NCBI GenBank assembly: GCA_047602425.1 | Contig: JASGHG010000001.1 | Span: forward strand, 3,456,001-3,520,000 | Length of the DNA stretch: 64,000 nucleotides | Reading direction: 5' to 3' | Source of the DNA: Nibricoccus sp. | Lineage (GTDB): Bacteria > Verrucomicrobiota > Verrucomicrobiia > Opitutales > Opitutaceae | Shown here: positions 59,445 through 64,000 of the stretch, in pieces | How positions within the stretch are numbered: the stretch's first letter is position 1 | Layout of the letters: each line of letters begins with the position of its first letter | Program-made: the position numbers and the translations under genes | Notes under the pieces: generated by a model | The model's input: only the letters and a program-made list of their open reading frames with translations | Told to the model about the DNA's origin: nothing | Databases searched by the model: none

Positions 59445-59933
59445 TTAGCGACGCTGCGGCGCAGCCGATTCGTCCGCTTTGCTCTGATAAACGTCCAGCT
59501 CAGCGGTGGTGAGCACCTTGCCCAAGTCCTCGAACTTCTCGTGATCAAGATAGGCGAGCTTGGCGCGGTCGTCGGGACTGATCAACGGCGCTGACTGGTC
59601 GTAGATCGGCTGGGCGATCGCTTTGTAATCGGTTTCAATCTTCTGAAGCTGTTGAGTGAGTTTTTCGCGCATTTGAGCTTCCGGGGCCGCTTCCACCGGC
59701 GCGGATTGTTCGGCCGTAACAGGTAAATTCACTTCGGTGGCGGGCGCCGACAACGCTGCGACTTGCCGGAAAGGTTTTTCCTCTGGCGAACTGTTCGCGG
59801 ATTTTGCGGGCTGTTGGGAAGGACTTTCCAAGCCCGGCTTCCGTTGAAAGTGACCGATCAACGCGTCGGCCACCAGCACCGCGAGCGCGATCGCTGCGAG
59901 CAATAGATATTTTCTGAGGAAAGGGTGGTGCAC
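59445..59933 (-). CDS. membrane-anchored hypothetical protein
   Basis: N-terminal TM (LLLAAIALAVLVA), low-complexity linker, helical C-terminus. Start uncertain. Confidence 0.55.
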   Translation of the reverse strand: MHHPFLRKYLLLAAIALAVLVADALIGHFQRKPGLESPSQQPAKSANSSPEEKPFRQVAALSAPATEVNLPVTAEQSAPVEAAPEAQMREKLTQQLQKIETDYKAIAQPIYDQSAPLISPDDRAKLAYLDHEKFEDLGKVLTTAELDVYQSKADESAAPQRR

Positions 59934-60038
59934 GTTCGCCACGGAGTTTGGAGCAGGCCGCTGGTTCGATGCATTCGTTGATGCGTCGACAGACCAACGG
60001 CCTGCGCTTCCTAACATGTTATAGCTGTCTCAGGATTT

Positions 60039-61037
60039 TCAATACGTCGGCCAGCCGTTCGTGAAGTACAGGTCGCTGATCAGGAGCGTGGGCGCGCCGT
60101 TGTTGTTGGCGTCGTAAGCGTGACGGGCGAGTACCCAGGCGGAACCGTTTTTGTAGACATCCTGGCCGCCCGGGCCCTTCCAACGGGTGTTGCCCGAGTC
60201 AAGGACGGTGGCGGCTCCGGAAGTCATGGCGGCGCCGTTTTTGTCGACGTACGGACCGGTGATGCTGGTCGAACGGCCGTAAGCGATCTTGTAGGTGCTG
60301 CTGACGCCGTTGCAGCATTTGTCGATTGAGACGAAGAGGTAATAATAGCCACCGTTGTAAACGATGGATGCGCCTTCAATGCCGCCACTGCGTTTGGCAA
60401 TCGAGTAGATCGTGCCGGTCGGCTTCATCGTGCTCGTGTTGAGTTTCACAATGTGGATGCCGTCAAACCAGGAGCCGAAAACGAGCCACGGCGCGCCGCT
60501 GGCGTCGACGGTGAGATTTGGGTCGATGGCGTTGTAGGCGTTGGTGCCGGATTTGGAGCTGATGACGAGGCCGTCATCGCGCCAGTCGCCGGTGGCGATA
60601 GCCGAGCAGGAGGTCAGGCCGATGGCCGACGTGTTACTGCCAAAGGTCGAGATACTATAATAACAGTACGTACGGCTGCCGAAAGTTTGGATATCGGGTG
60701 CCCAGACATCGGTGCCATTTTGGCCGGGAACGTAGGTAGCCCACCAAGAGGGTTTGCTGGCGAAGATTTTTATACCTTGGGTCCAGGCGAGTCCGTTACC
60801 GGAGTATTTTACGCCGATTCCAGGAGCGGTTTCAAATACCCACCACGTGGATCCTTGTTTGATGATGGAAGGATCGTGGGAGATGACCGAGCCGCTGAGA
60901 GCCCAAGATGCGGCTGACGCGGAAGTTGCGAGGGCTGCGGTTAACGAAACAACGCCGAGCAATTGGCTCAGGCGGCTAGGGGTGCGGACGCGCGGGCACG
61001 AAGTGCCCTTGGGGTAGGCCTTATCATTCATGAGCAT
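60039..61037 (-). CDS. secreted GH43 endo-1,5-alpha-L-arabinanase-like protein
   Basis: HDPS, DVWAPD, YYSISTFGSN, NAIDP, GSWFDGI, IEG, GPGGQ; signal peptide. Confidence 0.88.
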   Translation of the reverse strand: MLMNDKAYPKGTSCPRVRTPSRLSQLLGVVSLTAALATSASAASWALSGSVISHDPSIIKQGSTWWVFETAPGIGVKYSGNGLAWTQGIKIFASKPSWWATYVPGQNGTDVWAPDIQTFGSRTYCYYSISTFGSNTSAIGLTSCSAIATGDWRDDGLVISSKSGTNAYNAIDPNLTVDASGAPWLVFGSWFDGIHIVKLNTSTMKPTGTIYSIAKRSGGIEGASIVYNGGYYYLFVSIDKCCNGVSSTYKIAYGRSTSITGPYVDKNGAAMTSGAATVLDSGNTRWKGPGGQDVYKNGSAWVLARHAYDANNNGAPTLLISDLYFTNGWPTY

Positions 61038-61318
61038 GTGGTTTTATGTTGGGGGTATGGCGTCGGGCGAAAAAGCCCGTCTGCCAGTCTTAGCGTGGGT
61101 AAACTACTGACACCTATTATATGCGCTGTTCGTTTGCAAAAGCCGACAGACCGGAGGCGCATAGTTGAATTTACTTCCCCATTTCCCAACCCTTGGCGAC
61201 CTTGACCGCCTTTCTGCGAAACGGAAAATTCATGACATGTCAGCTCTTGACAACTTCCCGCGTGGTCGGTGCACTCACCGGCTTTTCCTAAAAGTAATCG
61301 TTCCGAAAATCCGTTCAC

Positions 61319-61573
61319 ATGGCTCTTAAAATTCGTCTTTCCCGCATCGGCGCTGTCCACAAGCCCATCTACCACGTCGTGGTCGCCGAAGCCCGTTCCC
61401 GTCGCGATGGTTCCCCCGCCGAAAACCTCGGCACCTACACCCCGCAGTCGAAGACCACGCCCCTCACGCTCGACATCGCTCGCGTCGATTACTGGCTGAG
61501 CAAGGGTGCCAAACCATCTGATACCGTCAACGCCCTCATCAAGAAGGCGCGCAAGGCCGCTCCGGCCGCCTGA
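61319..61573 (+). CDS. rpsP: 30S ribosomal protein S16
   Basis: MALKIRLSRIG..P.Y.VVVA..R..RDG; YWLSKGA.PSDTV. Confidence 0.96.
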   Translation: MALKIRLSRIGAVHKPIYHVVVAEARSRRDGSPAENLGTYTPQSKTTPLTLDIARVDYWLSKGAKPSDTVNALIKKARKAAPAA

Positions 61574-61626
61574 GTTTCTCTTTATCGTAGAGAAACAGAG
61601 AACACGTGGTTCTCTGCGACAGATTC

Positions 61627-61660
61627 AAACCTCGGCAAACTGCGCCGGGGTTTTTGTTTT
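61627..61660 (+). terminator. terminator-like hairpin between rpsP and trmD
   Basis: AAACCTCGGC-aaactgc-GCCGGGGTTT followed by TTGTTTT. Confidence 0.55.
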
Positions 61661-61705
61661 CTCTCCAGCCATCAAGCCGTCTTTCGAGTCTTTCATTCTT
61701 TTCCC

Positions 61706-62380
61706 ATGCCTCTCCATATCGACGTCCTCACGCTTTTCCCGCGGATGCTCGACGGCTTTCTGGGCGAAAGCATTTTGGGCAAAGGCATCGAAGCGCAGCG
61801 TCTCTCGGTTAAAATTCACGACCTTCGTGCGTGGACAACGGACAAACATAAAACCGCCGACGACCGTCCCTTTGGCGGTGGCGCTGGGATGGTGATGAAG
61901 CCCGACCCGGTTTTTGCCGCAATCGAGCAGTTGCAGACGCCCGGCTGCCGTCGAATTTATCTGACGCCCGACGGCGTGCCGCTTTCTCCCGCAATCGCGG
62001 AGGATTTGTCGAAACAGCAGCACATCGTTTTTCTCAGCGGACACTACGAAGGCATCGACCAGCGCATCCGCGATTGCGTGATCGATCAGGAACTCAGTAT
62101 CGGCGATTACGTGCTGACCAACGGCACCTTGGCCGCGGCCGTGGTGATCGATGCGTTATCCCGCTTTATTCCCGGTGTTTTAGGAGAAGAAAAGTCATTG
62201 ACGCACGAATCCTTCACCGGCAAGTTGCTCGACTTTCCTCAATACACGCGTCCCGCCGAATTTCGGGGCATGTCCGTGCCAGATGTGTTACTCTCTGGCA
62301 ACCATGCTGAAATCGAAAAATGGCGAAACGTGAAACGATTGGAGAAAACCCGTTTAGTCCGACCAGATTTACTCAAATAA
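61706..62380 (+). CDS. trmD: tRNA (guanine37-N1)-methyltransferase
   Basis: [45 protein letters not shown]. Confidence 0.96.
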   Translation: MPLHIDVLTLFPRMLDGFLGESILGKGIEAQRLSVKIHDLRAWTTDKHKTADDRPFGGGAGMVMKPDPVFAAIEQLQTPGCRRIYLTPDGVPLSPAIAEDLSKQQHIVFLSGHYEGIDQRIRDCVIDQELSIGDYVLTNGTLAAAVVIDALSRFIPGVLGEEKSLTHESFTGKLLDFPQYTRPAEFRGMSVPDVLLSGNHAEIEKWRNVKRLEKTRLVRPDLLK

Positions 62381-62387
62381 CCCAGTC

Positions 62388-62756
62388 ATGAATCCGATCA
62401 TCAAAGAAATCACCGCCGCTCAAGTGAAGTCCGACACGACTTCCTTCAAAGTTGGCGACGGCGTACGCGTTCACACCAAAGTGCGTGAAGGCGATAAAGA
62501 GCGCGTCCAGATTTTTGCCGGCATCGTCATCGCCCGCAAAGGCCATGGCATTCACGAGACGTTCACCGTCCGCCGCATCAGCTACGGCGAAGGCGTCGAG
62601 CGCGTTTTCCCCGTCAACTCGCCCAACATCGAAAAGATCGAAGTCGAGCGCGAGTCCGAGCCGATGAAAGCCCGCCTCTATTATCTCCGCGACCGCCTCG
62701 GCAAAGCCGCCGTCGCCGTCAAAGAGAAACGGTTCGACGCCACCGCCGCGAACTAA
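62388..62756 (+). CDS. rplS: 50S ribosomal protein L19
   Basis: FKVGD.VRVH.KVREG.KERVQ.F.G, TVRRIS.GEGVER.FP, LYYLR. Confidence 0.96.
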   Translation: MNPIIKEITAAQVKSDTTSFKVGDGVRVHTKVREGDKERVQIFAGIVIARKGHGIHETFTVRRISYGEGVERVFPVNSPNIEKIEVERESEPMKARLYYLRDRLGKAAVAVKEKRFDATAAN

Positions 62757-62781
62757 GTTCTCGCATTTGCGCCAATTTCCC

Positions 62782-62810
62782 AAGCGAGCCGACACCGGCT
62801 CGCTTTTTTT
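62782..62810 (+). terminator. intrinsic terminator after rplS
   Basis: AAGCGAGCCG-acac-CGGCTCGCTT followed by a T run. Confidence 0.85.
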
Positions 62811-62912
62811 CTGCTCTCGCAGCCCCGAGTTTCGGCTTCCCCCCGGCACCACGGCGGTTTAGTTCCTAACGTTTTCCCGCACATTTTCGCCTCCTTACCC
62901 ACCACACTTAAT

Positions 62913-64000
62913 ATGAGTAAACTCAATACCGACATCCTCGCCAAAGCAGCCAACGAAGCCCGTGGTCTTTCCATGGACGCCGTGCACAAGGCCAATTCCG
63001 GCCACCTCGGCCTCCCGCTCGGCTGTGCCGAAATCGGCGCCGTCCTCTACGGCAACTCGCTGGTGCACAATCCTGCCGAACCACGCTGGCTCAACCGTGA
63101 TCGTTTCGTCCTTTCCGGCGGCCACGGCTCGATGTTCCTCTACAGCTGGCTCCATCTCAGCGGCTACGACCTCTCGCTCGAAGAAGTTAAGAATTTCCGT
63201 CAACTCCACAGCAAAACCCCTGGCCATCCGGAATTTCACGAAACGCCCGGCGTCGAAGCCACCACCGGCCCGCTCGGCCAGGGTATCGGCAATGCGGTGG
63301 GTTATGCCGTCTCCGGCAAGATGCTCGAAGCGCGTTTTAACACCCCCGAGTATCCAATTTTTGACTACCACGTCATCGCTCTCGCGGGCGACGGTTGCAT
63401 CCAGGAAGGCGTGGCCATGGAAGCCGCCGCTTTCGCCGGTCATCAAGGTCTCGATAACCTGATCCTCATTTACGATTCGAACGACGTCACGCTCGACGCC
63501 ATGGCGGACAAATCGCAGAGCGAAAACGCCGCCGCCCGTTTCAAGGCCATCGGCTGGGATGTGCAAACGCTCACCGACGGACACGATCTAGTTGCCATCG
63601 CCAAAGCGATCAATAAGGCCAAGAAAGCCCAGAGCGGCAAGCCCCAGCTCATCATTGCCAAGACGATCATCGGCAAAGGCATCGCCGAAGTGCAGGGCAC
63701 GCAGAAGGGCCACGGCGAAGGCGGCGCCAAGTTCGTCGAAGCCGCGAAAAAGAGCATCGGCCTTCCCGAAGGCACGCACTTCTACGTGAGCGACGAAGTC
63801 CGCGCCTACTTTGCGGAAAACAAGAAGCGTCTCGAACGCCAGTACAAGAAGTGGCTGAAAAACTTCGAGGCCTGGAGTGCTGCGAATCCCGACAAAGCCA
63901 CGCTGCTCGCTTCGCGTCACAACGCCCCGAGCGCCGCTGCTCTTCTCGAAAAAATCCCGATGTTCCCCGCTGACGCGAAGCTCGCATCCCGCGCCGCGGG
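62913..64000 (+). CDS. tkt: transketolase (3' partial; not in the ORF track)
   Basis: [70 protein letters not shown]; the frame runs off the window end. Confidence 0.95.
   Translation, partial: MSKLNTDILAKAANEARGLSMDAVHKANSGHLGLPLGCAEIGAVLYGNSLVHNPAEPRWLNRDRFVLSGGHGSMFLYSWLHLSGYDLSLEEVKNFRQLHSKTPGHPEFHETPGVEATTGPLGQGIGNAVGYAVSGKMLEARFNTPEYPIFDYHVIALAGDGCIQEGVAMEAAAFAGHQGLDNLILIYDSNDVTLDAMADKSQSENAAARFKAIGWDVQTLTDGHDLVAIAKAINKAKKAQSGKPQLIIAKTIIGKGIAEVQGTQKGHGEGGAKFVEAAKKSIGLPEGTHFYVSDEVRAYFAENKKRLERQYKKWLKNFEAWSAANPDKATLLASRHNAPSAAALLEKIPMFPADAKLASRAA

Noticed and set aside
62895..63584. 229-aa minus-strand ORF at the window end
   Set aside because: It is antisense to transketolase, which the track missed because its stop lies outside the window.

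Overview
64 kb of GC-rich bacterial chromosome. It is most consistent with an Opitutaceae (Verrucomicrobiota) genome; this is inferred from the extended ECF sigma factors, multi-TonB_C and FG-GAP proteins, and an rpsP-trmD-rplS order without rimM. About 50 CDS are supported, plus tRNA-Val(TAC) and a probable 6S RNA. The core genes are hemN, asd, ilvN-ilvC, hemC, serC, cobA/hemD, dapF, tsaE, thiL, rlmI-like, an RpoD-family sigma, trpE, glmS, glgC, ychF, rpsP, trmD, rplS and a partial tkt. The most interesting accessory content is: (1) three large secreted polysaccharide-active-like proteins that each end in a poly-Ser linker plus a shared KGGG(G)AP-hydrophobic-basic tail, a candidate lineage-specific protein-sorting signal; (2) a membrane-anchored ECF sigma whose outer domain is repeated as a stand-alone downstream gene, with a candidate autoregulatory promoter; (3) a membrane pseudokinase, a pseudo-gluzincin/TPR protein and a heme-c MCP; (4) a protease/DUF3352-like/FG-GAP operon; (5) a signalling cluster with four phosphatase folds, a MEDS protein and a hybrid kinase; (6) several intergenic palindromic or heptamer repeats. 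No transposase, integrase, CRISPR array or rRNA was seen. All calls come from reading motifs by eye; no database searches were run.
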